A stretch of DNA of 32,000 nucleotides from Candidatus Harpocratesius repetitus (GCA_021498095.1 JAIZWK010000001.1:630001-662000); one strand, 5' to 3'. Counted from the first letter of the stretch, positions 17,154 to 26,467 are shown. Made by a program: numbers and translations. The notes: generated from the sequence alone by a model not told the origin.

Positions 17154-18647
17154 TTAGAGTTCTTGATTTTCTTCATCTGATGAACTTCCAAAAGAAAAGA
17201 ATCTATTCCATTTTCCCTTGACCTTTTTACTGGCATTTGCGATTTTTTTTTCTACTTTTTTGATCCCTGCTTCATATACTTCGAGAACAGCACCTACTTT
17301 TCCTTCATCAGAGACTCGAAAAAGATCACCGAACATTTTTAGAACATGTCGCACAGAATATCGATTTATAACCATATTTCGGAACTTTGAGCTTGTTTGA
17401 AACGCAATCATAGTTCCTAACATCCAAAGTAAGGCAATACCTAAAAATGTTCGATTGTAAGTGACGTTTAATGGAGTGACTCGGTTTGGATCTGAAAGAA
17501 TTTGAATAATTACTATTGGTGAATCTAAATAAGAATCCATGTAAACGGCTTGATATCCAAGAGCTAACCCCAATACACCTAATATTAATCCTTTTTCGCT
17601 AATAGTTCTCTTTAACCAACGCATGAAACCTGTATTACGCTGAAATATAAAAGATTTTTGAACATCTTTTTCATCTCCGATATTGTCAATTTTCTTTGAT
17701 AATGTGTTCATAATAAAGAAAGAGTTTAATGCAAGTAAAATGATATCAACAGTTAAATTCGTTATATTTCCTCCAGTGTCAAAAGATTGTGAGAGACGAT
17801 AAATTAAATATAGATTATAAAAACCTAGTATCTGATTAAAATTCATAATCGCGATTTTTTCTGTTTGTTCTTGAAAAGAATCCTTTTTATAAAATTTAGG
17901 GAGACGATAAAAGCGAAGGATCAAAATACAAGTAATAAATATCCCCATTACTGCTAGAATCTGAGCATCTAACGAATTTTGGATGAAAATATAAAGATAC
18001 ATCGGAATAGCAACTATTGCCCCTAATCGGACGATACCTTGAAATAATAATCGGTTTGGAGATTTTCCCAAACTAATAAAACGATAGGCAAAAGAAGTTT
18101 GAAAATTCCAAATGATGGAAAACATGGATATACTACTTATAATTACGTAAATTAGAAAATAAAATATTTTTAGCCACTGTAAAAATATTGAATTGTAATT
18201 TGGAACCCAAATACTTGGAAATAACCCTGCAAAGAAAAATGTCATTATTAGTGCCAAAACCATCAAAGTGATGGTGAAAATATTTAAAAATCGTCGATTA
18301 TGGGACAAACCACCTACTAAACCTCCGATTATTAAGGCTGCTGCCGTGATTAAACAAAGGAAGATTACTGTTTTTACTATTTTGATTGCTGTTATGTAAT
18401 TCAATGCGTAAAGGATACTGATGATAATGGAACTAGCCATGATTCCAACAGTCCAATAAAAGAAAAAGATATATTGTCGCTCGGTTAGGCGTTTATAACC
18501 TTGACTTAAAAATTTTTTAGCATAACCGAATAATGCTCTTTCAATGTATGCCTTTTTCTCAACTACTTCTATTTTTTCTGATATATTAGGTTGTTCATCC
18601 ATGGATTCTTGGTTTTCACTCTCAATTTCATTTTCATTTTTCGCCAT
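17154..18647 (-). CDS. Polytopic membrane protein of unknown function (about 10-11 TM segments)
   Basis: Many 20-aa hydrophobic stretches with charged N- and C-terminal tails. Likely start is the ATG at 18647 (MAKNENE); the ORF track extends to 18680. Confidence 0.8.
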   Translation of the reverse strand: MAKNENEIESENQESMDEQPNISEKIEVVEKKAYIERALFGYAKKFLSQGYKRLTERQYIFFFYWTVGIMASSIIISILYALNYITAIKIVKTVIFLCLITAAALIIGGLVGGLSHNRRFLNIFTITLMVLALIMTFFFAGLFPSIWVPNYNSIFLQWLKIFYFLIYVIISSISMFSIIWNFQTSFAYRFISLGKSPNRLLFQGIVRLGAIVAIPMYLYIFIQNSLDAQILAVMGIFITCILILRFYRLPKFYKKDSFQEQTEKIAIMNFNQILGFYNLYLIYRLSQSFDTGGNITNLTVDIILLALNSFFIMNTLSKKIDNIGDEKDVQKSFIFQRNTGFMRWLKRTISEKGLILGVLGLALGYQAVYMDSYLDSPIVIIQILSDPNRVTPLNVTYNRTFLGIALLWMLGTMIAFQTSSKFRNMVINRYSVRHVLKMFGDLFRVSDEGKVGAVLEVYEAGIKKVEKKIANASKKVKGKWNRFFSFGSSSDEENQEL

Positions 18648-18798
18648 AATTCTAACCTTGAAAAAAAAATATACGTTCACCTACAAAAATATTTGGTTAA
18701 ATAATATAGTAAAAGAAAAAACTATCACTTTTCACTATAAGCAATATAAAGCTTGAGTAAAAATTATATCTGTATCTTGATTAGACCTTTATAATAAA

Positions 18799-18804
18799 GG
18801 AGGT
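18799..18804 (+). promoter_or_regulatory. Shine-Dalgarno-like GGAGGT upstream of the repeat protein
   Basis: GGAGGT lies 10 nt before ATG 18815. Confidence 0.55.
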
Positions 18805-18814
18805 TTTTTTAATA

Positions 18815-20158
18815 ATGGGAAATGAAATTGTAAAACAAGCAAAAGCCTTGAATAAAATGGGCGATAAAATGTTTAAAAAGAAACAATATAATGATGCTAT
18901 TCAATATTATATTGAGTCTGTAAAACTAATGAAATCTATTAACAATACCAAAATGGCAGAGAAATATCAAAAAGAATTAGATGCAGCAATTGGAAAAAAA
19001 GCAGAAGAACTAAACAATGAAGGCGATGCTGCACTAAAAAATAAAGATTATGAAAAAGCTATTGAAATATATGAAAAAGCTTGGAAAATGTTACAAAAAG
19101 CAGGAGAAAAATGGATTAAGAAGAAGGGAAATGAATTTCAGAAAGAATTGAATAAAAGTAAAATTCAATATGCTGAACAAGTCTTAAAACCTGCTGCTGA
19201 ATCGGCTGTGAAAGAAAAGAATTGGGAAAGTGCTGTTTCTCAATATAAGCAAATCTTAAAATTGATTCCTGAAAGTGTAGATGCAAAGAAAAATAAAATG
19301 CTTTTGCATGATCTATCAACAGTCTATGAAAGATGGGCGGATGAAGTAAATGCTAAAGGGGATGCACAGTATAAATCTAAAGATTATGAAGCTGCAATTG
19401 AATCTTATGCAAAATCTGTAAGATTAATTGAACAATCAGATAATCAAAAGAAGAAGAAGAATTTTAGAAAGGAGCTTTCTAAAGCATTTCAAGAACATGC
19501 CCAAGAAGTGAATAATGTGGGAGATCGTTTATGGAAAGAAAAGAATTTTGCTAAAGCTGCTGATATTTATGCTCAAAGTGTAAAAATTGCAAAAGAAGCA
19601 GGAAATGAGAAGTTAATCGAACGATTTTCCAAAGAGATGTTCAAAGCTTATAGTGAGTATGCAAAACAAATAAATAATCAAGGGGATAAACTGTTTAAAG
19701 AGAAAAAATGGGAAGAAGCTGCAGATATATATGTAAAATCAGTAGAAGTTGCAAGAGAGTCGAATAATCCAAAATTAATTAAAAATTTTACTAAAGAATA
19801 CGAAAAAGCTTTGGAAAAATGGGCGCGAGAAATAAATTCATTAGGCGATGCAGCAATGAAAGAGAAAAAATTTGATGAAGCAATGAAAAAATACCAAGAA
19901 TCTGTGGCTATTATTACTCGCACCGGAAATAAAGGATTGATTAAAAATTTCACATCTGAATATCATAATGCTTGTATTAAACTTGCTGATGAAATAAACC
20001 ACAGTGGAGATGAAAAATACAAGGCAGGAGACTATGAAGCTGCTTTTAAATTATATGATAAATCAGTTCAATTAGCTGAAATCGCCGAAAATCCTTCTAA
20101 AGTTAAAAAATACGGGAAAGAACGAAATAAAGCACTTCAAAAAATGAATACAGATTAG
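18815..20158 (+). CDS. All-helical TPR/MIT-like repeat protein (8 x ~54 aa)
   Basis: Unit A-x-E-h-N-x-x-G-D...K-x-(Y/F/W)-x-x-A-h-x-x-Y-x-x-S-V...N-x-K...F-x-x-E repeats at 54-57 aa spacing across the whole protein. Confidence 0.85.
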   Translation: MGNEIVKQAKALNKMGDKMFKKKQYNDAIQYYIESVKLMKSINNTKMAEKYQKELDAAIGKKAEELNNEGDAALKNKDYEKAIEIYEKAWKMLQKAGEKWIKKKGNEFQKELNKSKIQYAEQVLKPAAESAVKEKNWESAVSQYKQILKLIPESVDAKKNKMLLHDLSTVYERWADEVNAKGDAQYKSKDYEAAIESYAKSVRLIEQSDNQKKKKNFRKELSKAFQEHAQEVNNVGDRLWKEKNFAKAADIYAQSVKIAKEAGNEKLIERFSKEMFKAYSEYAKQINNQGDKLFKEKKWEEAADIYVKSVEVARESNNPKLIKNFTKEYEKALEKWAREINSLGDAAMKEKKFDEAMKKYQESVAIITRTGNKGLIKNFTSEYHNACIKLADEINHSGDEKYKAGDYEAAFKLYDKSVQLAEIAENPSKVKKYGKERNKALQKMNTD

Positions 20159-20218
20159 AAAAATAGTTATTCTCTTTTTTTCTCGAATATTTTTCTAATT
20201 GATATCAAATTTTATTAA

Positions 20219-20719
20219 TTATAAATACTGCCTCAAACTTTCACCAAATTTTTTCGCGCGATCTAAGTCTTCTGAATTTGGATGGCCAAGCGCTCCTTTT
20301 GGAGGTTTATTCTTATTTATACGCACTTCTCCTAAGGTGTAAAAACGATTTTCTAAAATATTCACATTATTTTTTTTCCTCAAGAGCTTTTCCATACGAC
20401 TAAACATCACATTTTTGATTTGAAGTGGATGTTCCTTATCAGAGGTAGGATCTATATCTTCTGGCGCGCCACTGGTAAAAAAAAGTGCAACTTTCTTCCC
20501 AGAAATTTTTTTTTTATATAGTTTTTTCATGTAACGCCAGCCTGAAAAACTGATATGCCCAGCTAGTACCCAAGAGCCAACAACCACCAAATCATAATTT
20601 TGGAGATTTGGAATATTATTGTGATTAAAACAATCTGCTTCTAAACCTTCTGCAATTTTTTTGGCAACTTTTTCAGTATTTCCAGTCCGGGAGTTATATA
20701 AAACAACTGCTTTTTTCAT
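20219..20719 (-). CDS. Flavodoxin-like protein
   Basis: VLYNSRTGNTEKVA FMN-binding loop, YDLVVVGS, KVALFFTSG and HPNSEDLDRAKKF. Start taken at MKKAV. Confidence 0.9.
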   Translation of the reverse strand: MKKAVVLYNSRTGNTEKVAKKIAEGLEADCFNHNNIPNLQNYDLVVVGSWVLAGHISFSGWRYMKKLYKKKISGKKVALFFTSGAPEDIDPTSDKEHPLQIKNVMFSRMEKLLRKKNNVNILENRFYTLGEVRINKNKPPKGALGHPNSEDLDRAKKFGESLRQYL

Positions 20720-20860
20720 ATTTTTTAGTAATGTATTATTGTTCAAATTTCATTTAGGGGCCAATTCTTGAAATATTGAGTTGTGATTTCTTCCTATTTC
20801 ACTATTTTTACAAATATAAAAACAAAGTATTTTATATAATGATTTGCCAAAATTTGATAT

Positions 20861-21310
20861 ATGAGTAATAGTGATAATTCATATTCGCATTCAACACGAT
20901 TTCTTTCTAAACAAGCAGTTATCCCTATTTATGTGCCAAAAAAACTCCAAAATTCCGAGAATAAGAAAAAACTTCTATTTAAACAGGTCCATAGGCACTC
21001 CAATTTTTACGAATTTCATTTTGTTTATTCAGTAGATGAACTTCAAAAAGAACTTGTCACCTATCAAAGTTCAATGGTACTAATTCATAATTCTTTATCT
21101 CGCCGTGAAATTGATTCTCTATTGAAAAACCTTCAAAAATTCCCAATTCATCCTAAAATATTTATGATTGTAGATACTGGGCCATCAGATCTTGTTACTT
21201 ATTATCTTTTTCATGGCATTACAGCTGCAATTGAGATTCCTTTTAGTGCAAATGATCTTGATCTTCTATTTCATGCTCACATAAATAATTGTATTTATGA
21301 ATTAGAGTGA
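20861..21310 (+). CDS. Degenerate CheY-like receiver domain protein
   Basis: Spacing resembles REC (SMVLIH at the phospho-Asp strand, IFMIVD, HGITAAIEIPF...DL), but the Asp and Lys are replaced. Confidence 0.5.
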   Translation: MSNSDNSYSHSTRFLSKQAVIPIYVPKKLQNSENKKKLLFKQVHRHSNFYEFHFVYSVDELQKELVTYQSSMVLIHNSLSRREIDSLLKNLQKFPIHPKIFMIVDTGPSDLVTYYLFHGITAAIEIPFSANDLDLLFHAHINNCIYELE

Positions 21311-21386
21311 TACAAAAATATTTAATGTAAAAAAAGCACTTCACCACCAGCAACTTCAGTTATCTTATGATCTCTTAAATATTGAA

Positions 21387-22811
21387 TTAATTATCACTAA
21401 TTCCATTCATTTTATTGTATTTTTTCCAATACAACCGTAATTTAAGGTTAAATCGATCATAGGGATGACTCTGACTTTCTTTTTCCCATTGATCAAGAAG
21501 AGCTTCGACTTTTTTAAAGTATTTCTCAATTTCATCTGGAGAAGCTGAACTCCCTTGAGAATACAAACCCAAAAGATGTTCAAGCATATCATTTTCATAT
21601 TTTCCAATTTGATTAGCAATTATTGGATGCATTTTTTGATATTTAAGCACAATTTGTCTGTGTAACTTTTCACTTTTCCACCAAAAACTCTCTGAATTGT
21701 ATTTTTCCCGGCCAGGATGATTACTGTATTCTTTTGGAAGCCCATCCGGATTAATAGTCACAGGAAAATATGGCGATATGCACGGATTTGATGCACCTGT
21801 AGTAAGAATTAAAGGTTGGGGGTTAAACACATCAACTACCATCGAATTAACCGATTGTGTTGCTCGTGTTAGGTTATTCGTCGCGTGAGCGCAAACAGTC
21901 ATTCTTAATCCTTTCATTGGAATCCATTTATCAGAAAAATCGATAAGTTTCTCCTCTTCTATGTTGAGATCCTTAGAAGTATTACTTATATTGGGATGAT
22001 TTATATGAGTTCTAAGAATTTGCATGAAATCTCTAATTGTAAGTTGTCCTTCTTTTGCCTGTAATTGTTTTCGAGTGCATTCTTCTCTTTTCTTGGCTCG
22101 TGCTCCCCACGTGATAATTTTGTCGGAATAACATTTATAGAAATTAAAATCTGCTTCTGAATCACACCATCCCTGTTGAACTGCATATTCAACCAAGTTT
22201 TCTGAGCACTGATCATAGTCTTTTTCTAGTGATATGCTATTTGAAATTGACCATACGCCTTTAATTTTTTTCCACGCCCATTCCTTTGCAACAGTTTCCA
22301 ATACATATGCCTCTTTTGGATCACCAATAAGAAAGCTATTCATATATTGGAGTTTATGTCGATATCCACACATTCCTCCTTGATCATATTTTTCAAGAAG
22401 TTGAATGATGATTTCCAGTGCTTCTCGTGCTGAATTGCTGATTTCTAAAGCAATTCGAAGCATGTCCATTCCAGTTAGCCCTGTTTTGGCGGGTTTTACC
22501 TTAGTCATTAAAGCTTCATTTCCAATTACTACTCCATGATCGTTTATTCCCATTTCGCCGCCGAACATCCAAAATGGTTGTGAAAGTAAAATTCCATGTG
22601 TTTTAATGGAACTCTGATTAGAATTTTGGATTGCTAGTGAGGGTGGAACAATTGAAATATACGTGCATTTAATCTTTTCATCAATTTTTAATTCTTTGGG
22701 TGGATAGTAAACCAAATTCTGAACTTCATCGGGTTCCCGATCTGAATTTTTCCCAAATAAAAGCCGATTTTGTTTTGTGGCTTCAGGTGCCGCAATAATT
22801 GTATCACACAT
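21387..22811 (-). CDS. Peptidase C69 family (dipeptidase/secernin-like Ntn hydrolase)
   Basis: N-terminal MCDT nucleophile, GKNSDREPDEVQ, WMFGGEMGINDHGVVIGNEA, LTGMDMLR, NSFLIGD and AYVLET. Confidence 0.92.
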   Translation of the reverse strand: MCDTIIAAPEATKQNRLLFGKNSDREPDEVQNLVYYPPKELKIDEKIKCTYISIVPPSLAIQNSNQSSIKTHGILLSQPFWMFGGEMGINDHGVVIGNEALMTKVKPAKTGLTGMDMLRIALEISNSAREALEIIIQLLEKYDQGGMCGYRHKLQYMNSFLIGDPKEAYVLETVAKEWAWKKIKGVWSISNSISLEKDYDQCSENLVEYAVQQGWCDSEADFNFYKCYSDKIITWGARAKKREECTRKQLQAKEGQLTIRDFMQILRTHINHPNISNTSKDLNIEEEKLIDFSDKWIPMKGLRMTVCAHATNNLTRATQSVNSMVVDVFNPQPLILTTGASNPCISPYFPVTINPDGLPKEYSNHPGREKYNSESFWWKSEKLHRQIVLKYQKMHPIIANQIGKYENDMLEHLLGLYSQGSSASPDEIEKYFKKVEALLDQWEKESQSHPYDRFNLKLRLYWKKYNKMNGISDN

Positions 22812-23021
22812 AATTTTTCCCTATTTCTTTTGTTTGTTGAGTTTAGATTTTATTAATTATTTAATTTATCAAAAATTACAGCATTAGAGTATCAAATCAA
22901 AAAAGATTCAAAAAAAGTAATTTAGTAATCAATTTATTGATTATTTAGCAATTTTCTTATTGATTATAATTATTTACCCATTTAAATTGTAATATATATC
23001 TTAGATCTCATCTAATCCATT

Positions 23022-23447
23022 TTAATAAATTTTTGAACATTCTTTATCGATTTCAGTTAAAATTTCTCTAAAATCAGACCACCAGATTTCTCCCCGTTGC
23101 CCTGTCAGCATACTATCTAATTTACGACTATTTAAGCAAAATATTTCGTCCTTCAATTTTTTTACCTTTTCTGCCCACAAAGCCGAGTAAACTTGACTTT
23201 TGGACACTTTTGCCTTTTTTTCACGCATATCCCAATCCCATTCAGGATGTTTATTCCCCAGTTTCTCCATCTTTTCTGCTTTCTTCTTTTCAGCTGCTGT
23301 AGCAATTTCCTTACAATCTAATGTTACTTGAAATGGCTGTTTTTTCCCATATTTACATTTCCCTTGATATTCGCACGACACGCAATACTCTTGAAAGGAA
23401 ATTACAAACTCTTCCAACCCGGTGATATTAAAGATTAACTTTCCCAT
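23022..23447 (-). CDS. Hypothetical protein with CxxC-x5-C-x13-C motif
   Basis: Clean ORF with typical codon pattern. Start taken at MGKLIF (ORF track 23471). Confidence 0.65.
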   Translation of the reverse strand: MGKLIFNITGLEEFVISFQEYCVSCEYQGKCKYGKKQPFQVTLDCKEIATAAEKKKAEKMEKLGNKHPEWDWDMREKKAKVSKSQVYSALWAEKVKKLKDEIFCLNSRKLDSMLTGQRGEIWWSDFREILTEIDKECSKIY

Positions 23448-23478
23448 GTTCTTAGTGTAATTAACGCCCATGGGATTA

Positions 23479-24483
23479 TTATATGTTTTGATTTTCCTTT
23501 GGATTTACATTTTGCAAATCACTTAGAAGTTCAATAATACCTGGAACGTGAAATGCGCCGCAAATAACCAAAATTCGATTGTCAGGAAATTTTTTGTGAT
23601 ATTGACCGATTTGTGCAACCATATATGAATTTCTATCAGTAATAAGGATTTGCGTTAACTGAGGGAATTCCTTTTCAAATTCTGCCAGTAATTGTCTCAT
23701 CCCTTCCTCATCTTCTAAAAGAGCAAAAAGCTCTTCCAATTCAGAGCGTGTTGTAGGCATCTCTTCTTCTTCTAAAGCATGTATCAAAACTGATGATTCA
23801 GACTTATTTGTTAACTGATTTCCTAATTCTGAAATTTTAAGCATTAACTCAGATATGGGAAGATCAATTAGTTTAACTGGGATTTGATTAGATTGTACGA
23901 TATCTATAGCCGTTAAGATTTCTTCCCCTGGCATTATCTGCATAATCTGACCAAATTGCTGTTGGATTTGTTCTAATGTGGTGAAAAAAGCGTCATTCTC
24001 TAGATTTTTAGATATTAGATTCAATTTTTTCTTATTTCTTGAGTTCTGCTCTAATTCTTTATCTAATTCCATCTTTGTTTCTTTATCTAATTCGTTCCCT
24101 AATCCTATCTCAAACTTTTTCCCTAATTCTTTCTTTGATTCTTTTTTCGAACCTTTTTCTTGATCTTTTTGAGATTCAACTTTTTTTTCCTTTTTTTTAT
24201 TTTTAATCAATTTTGCATTAACAGATTCTATCTGTACTCCCTTTTTAATTGTTGAATTTTGATTTATATTCACGGTTCTTTTAATAACTTTAGAGTCTGA
24301 TCGAATAGTTTGTCGATTTTTTTGGATTAAAGTTAAACGATCTTCATCTAATTCGACCATGACTATATCTGGATGAATCTCGCTAATTGTTCTCTCCACC
24401 ATCTCTCGGCTTGAATGAGCCAAATGATTTGTCCCTAATATATAAATGGTTTGATCTATGCACCGAATTTTATTTACTGCCAT
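23479..24483 (-). CDS. TraB/GumN (TIKI/TRABD-like) family protein with Lys/Glu-rich insertion
   Basis: ILGTNH, PDIVMVELDEDR, PGEE, LITDRNSYM and VICGAFHVPGI. Confidence 0.85.
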   Translation of the reverse strand: MAVNKIRCIDQTIYILGTNHLAHSSREMVERTISEIHPDIVMVELDEDRLTLIQKNRQTIRSDSKVIKRTVNINQNSTIKKGVQIESVNAKLIKNKKKEKKVESQKDQEKGSKKESKKELGKKFEIGLGNELDKETKMELDKELEQNSRNKKKLNLISKNLENDAFFTTLEQIQQQFGQIMQIMPGEEILTAIDIVQSNQIPVKLIDLPISELMLKISELGNQLTNKSESSVLIHALEEEEMPTTRSELEELFALLEDEEGMRQLLAEFEKEFPQLTQILITDRNSYMVAQIGQYHKKFPDNRILVICGAFHVPGIIELLSDLQNVNPKENQNI

Positions 24484-24680
24484 GAATTTTCACTATTACA
24501 CTCTTACACTTATTTTCAATGTAGTATCTTTTTCATTTTCACTAAAATTACTATTAGAAATGAAATGACGAAAGAAATGGAATAACGATGGAAAAAAGTA
24601 ATAAAAATTTTTAAATAAAATTGCATATCATATAATTATTTTAAATGCTATAATTAATTTAGAGCATTGGCTCGATCATT

Positions 24681-25307
24681 TCACTTTATTCGATTCAAAA
24701 CCAAATCCAAAATCATCCGCGCTACATTGTCGTTATATTCTTTAAAACCTTCCTTCTCAATAGCACAAGTTTGGAAAAATTCCTTGACAGTAATTCGTCG
24801 CTTTTTGAAATATTCTGTAATTTTTTCTTTAATTTCAGCGATTTTGGCTTCTTTTTCATCCTCACTGCCTTCCATCAAATCATATTTATTCAAACAAATA
24901 TAAATCGTCTTAGGCATGTATCGAATTAAATCATAGAGCTTAAATTGTTCTTTTAATGGTTGATCTAAGGCAAATAGGCCGACTATTTGGCGGGCAATCC
25001 GGGAAATTGTGATAATTCCCATACGAATTACTGCTCGATCTCGATCGCCGCCAGGTGCAAACAGTGTATGAGATGTCCCCGTTTTTTCTTCAACAAAAAC
25101 TACTTTATTTGGGGTGATAGTTTTGGTAAAACCCTCTCCATCTTCAACTTCAATAGCACTTTCGCCTTTAAAATCTTGTTTCTCTATTCGACACTCTACA
25201 CCGCCCTTGATCTTCCCTATCTTGGCTTTTTCAACATAATCCACAAACATCTGCAAGACCGTTGTTTTACCAACGTTCATCGCACCCATTAATCCCAGAA
25301 TTGCCAT
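24681..25307 (-). CDS. Small GTPase, MglA/Ras-like superfamily, atypical G3
   Basis: G1 GAMNVGKTT, probable G2 Thr (TKTIT), G3 FAPGG, G4 NKYD and G5 TCA. Confidence 0.85.
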   Translation of the reverse strand: MAILGLMGAMNVGKTTVLQMFVDYVEKAKIGKIKGGVECRIEKQDFKGESAIEVEDGEGFTKTITPNKVVFVEEKTGTSHTLFAPGGDRDRAVIRMGIITISRIARQIVGLFALDQPLKEQFKLYDLIRYMPKTIYICLNKYDLMEGSEDEKEAKIAEIKEKITEYFKKRRITVKEFFQTCAIEKEGFKEYNDNVARMILDLVLNRIK

Positions 25308-25436
25308 TAGTTATTCCCCATTCTTACTGCTTTACACAGTACGTTTTTTTTTATTTATATAGATCAATTATTTCGCTTTGTTTAATATTTTTCCATGCGA
25401 TGAACACTTGAAAAATAACTAATCTACTATGTATAA

Positions 25437-25790
25437 TTATGAAATTTCTAATATTTTCTCAAAGGTTTGCCGGACTATGGTTAAATTTTTGCGGATTTTC
25501 TGCTCTGACCATAAATTTTCCTCCATACAACATTTAAATTGAGCAAGCAATTTGTCCAATTCAATATTCCGTTGAGTTGGTTTAATTTTTAATAAATCAT
25601 GCAGAGCAACTCCCTTCTGTTCTTCCCATTTTACAATAGCAGTTAGTCCCATATCGTTAATAGCAGCGCGACATAGGTTTGATTCTTTACTTAATCGTTC
25701 AATCATATGTTGAAATGCCACTATTTTATCTGGACTTGAAGATATAAAGGCGTTAATTTCTCTTAGTTTCAATTTCGAAGCACTTTTCAT
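25437..25790 (-). CDS. 117-aa protein, possibly a divergent roadblock/LC7 (MglB-like) domain
   Basis: Helix (FQHMIERLSKE), then beta-hairpin CRAAINDMGLTAIV resembling the roadblock A-h-h-x-D-G-x-x-h pattern, then a C-terminal helix. Lies directly upstream of the GTPase. Fold call is tentative. Confidence 0.4.
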   Translation of the reverse strand: MKSASKLKLREINAFISSSPDKIVAFQHMIERLSKESNLCRAAINDMGLTAIVKWEEQKGVALHDLLKIKPTQRNIELDKLLAQFKCCMEENLWSEQKIRKNLTIVRQTFEKILEIS

Positions 25791-26181
25791 TTCTATACCC
25801 TCATTAAGTCACTTCACACACATAAATGTGTCGGAAACTGTCGTTGAAATCTGTCAGCATTCATTAAATCTATATTTTAAATAGCTTAATTAAATTCATT
25901 TTTCATTCTTTCATTTCTTGTATCTTTTTTTATCGTTCACTTTACTATTCATTCTATCATCTTAGGGTTCTATTTGCTCATGAGTTTCTTTTTCATTATC
26001 CCTCTCGCTAATCTGCATACCCCCATCTTTGGGTTTCCTTTTAAAGTTTATGGCACTTCCGTTAGGCCCATGCTCGAATTAGTTACATTTTTATTAAATC
26101 CCGCATGTATCTCATTTGTAGTGAAGTAAAACCTTCTTTCGATCTTTCGAAGTGTATTTGCTCACGAAATTAGCACCCTAT

Positions 26182-26311
26182 GGGAGATTAGCTTAGCCTG
26201 GTCGAGCGCTGCCCTGATAGCGTCAAAATTTGAAGAGATCGGATTTTAATCTGATTAGAAATCTTGACTTCTGACAGGCAGAGGTCGGGTGTTCGAAGCA
26301 CCCATCTCCCA
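26182..26311 (+). tRNA. trnI: tRNA-Ile(GAU) with 56-nt intron at canonical 37/38 position (26220-26275)
   Basis: Acceptor GGGAGAT/ATCTCCC plus discriminator A, D stem GCTT/GAGC, anticodon stem CTGCC/GGCAG with GAT at 26216-26218, T arm GGGTG-TTCGAAG-CACCC. Relaxed BHB at the exon-intron junctions. CCA is not encoded. Confidence 0.95.
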
Positions 26312-26467
26312 CTATATCTAATACTATATATTTTCAAGATCTTGCTTTGTATTTTCATGATTTTACATTATAATAATCGGATTTTAACTGATTGGATACT
26401 TCTATATAAATAAAGGATTAAAAGAATTTTAAAAAAAAAGTTATTTGATTTTGAAAAATTCTAAGAT

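Noticed and set aside
21308-21330. Selenocysteine read-through of the TGA ending the receiver-like gene
   Set aside because: An in-frame TAA follows after four codons, and there is no redox motif context.
25791-26181. Hidden gene or ncRNA in the 390-nt gap before the tRNA
   Set aside because: Manual translation gives only short or start-less frames (e.g. a 49-aa plus-strand ORF at 25980 and 36-38 aa minus-strand segments), and no recognisable RNA motif.
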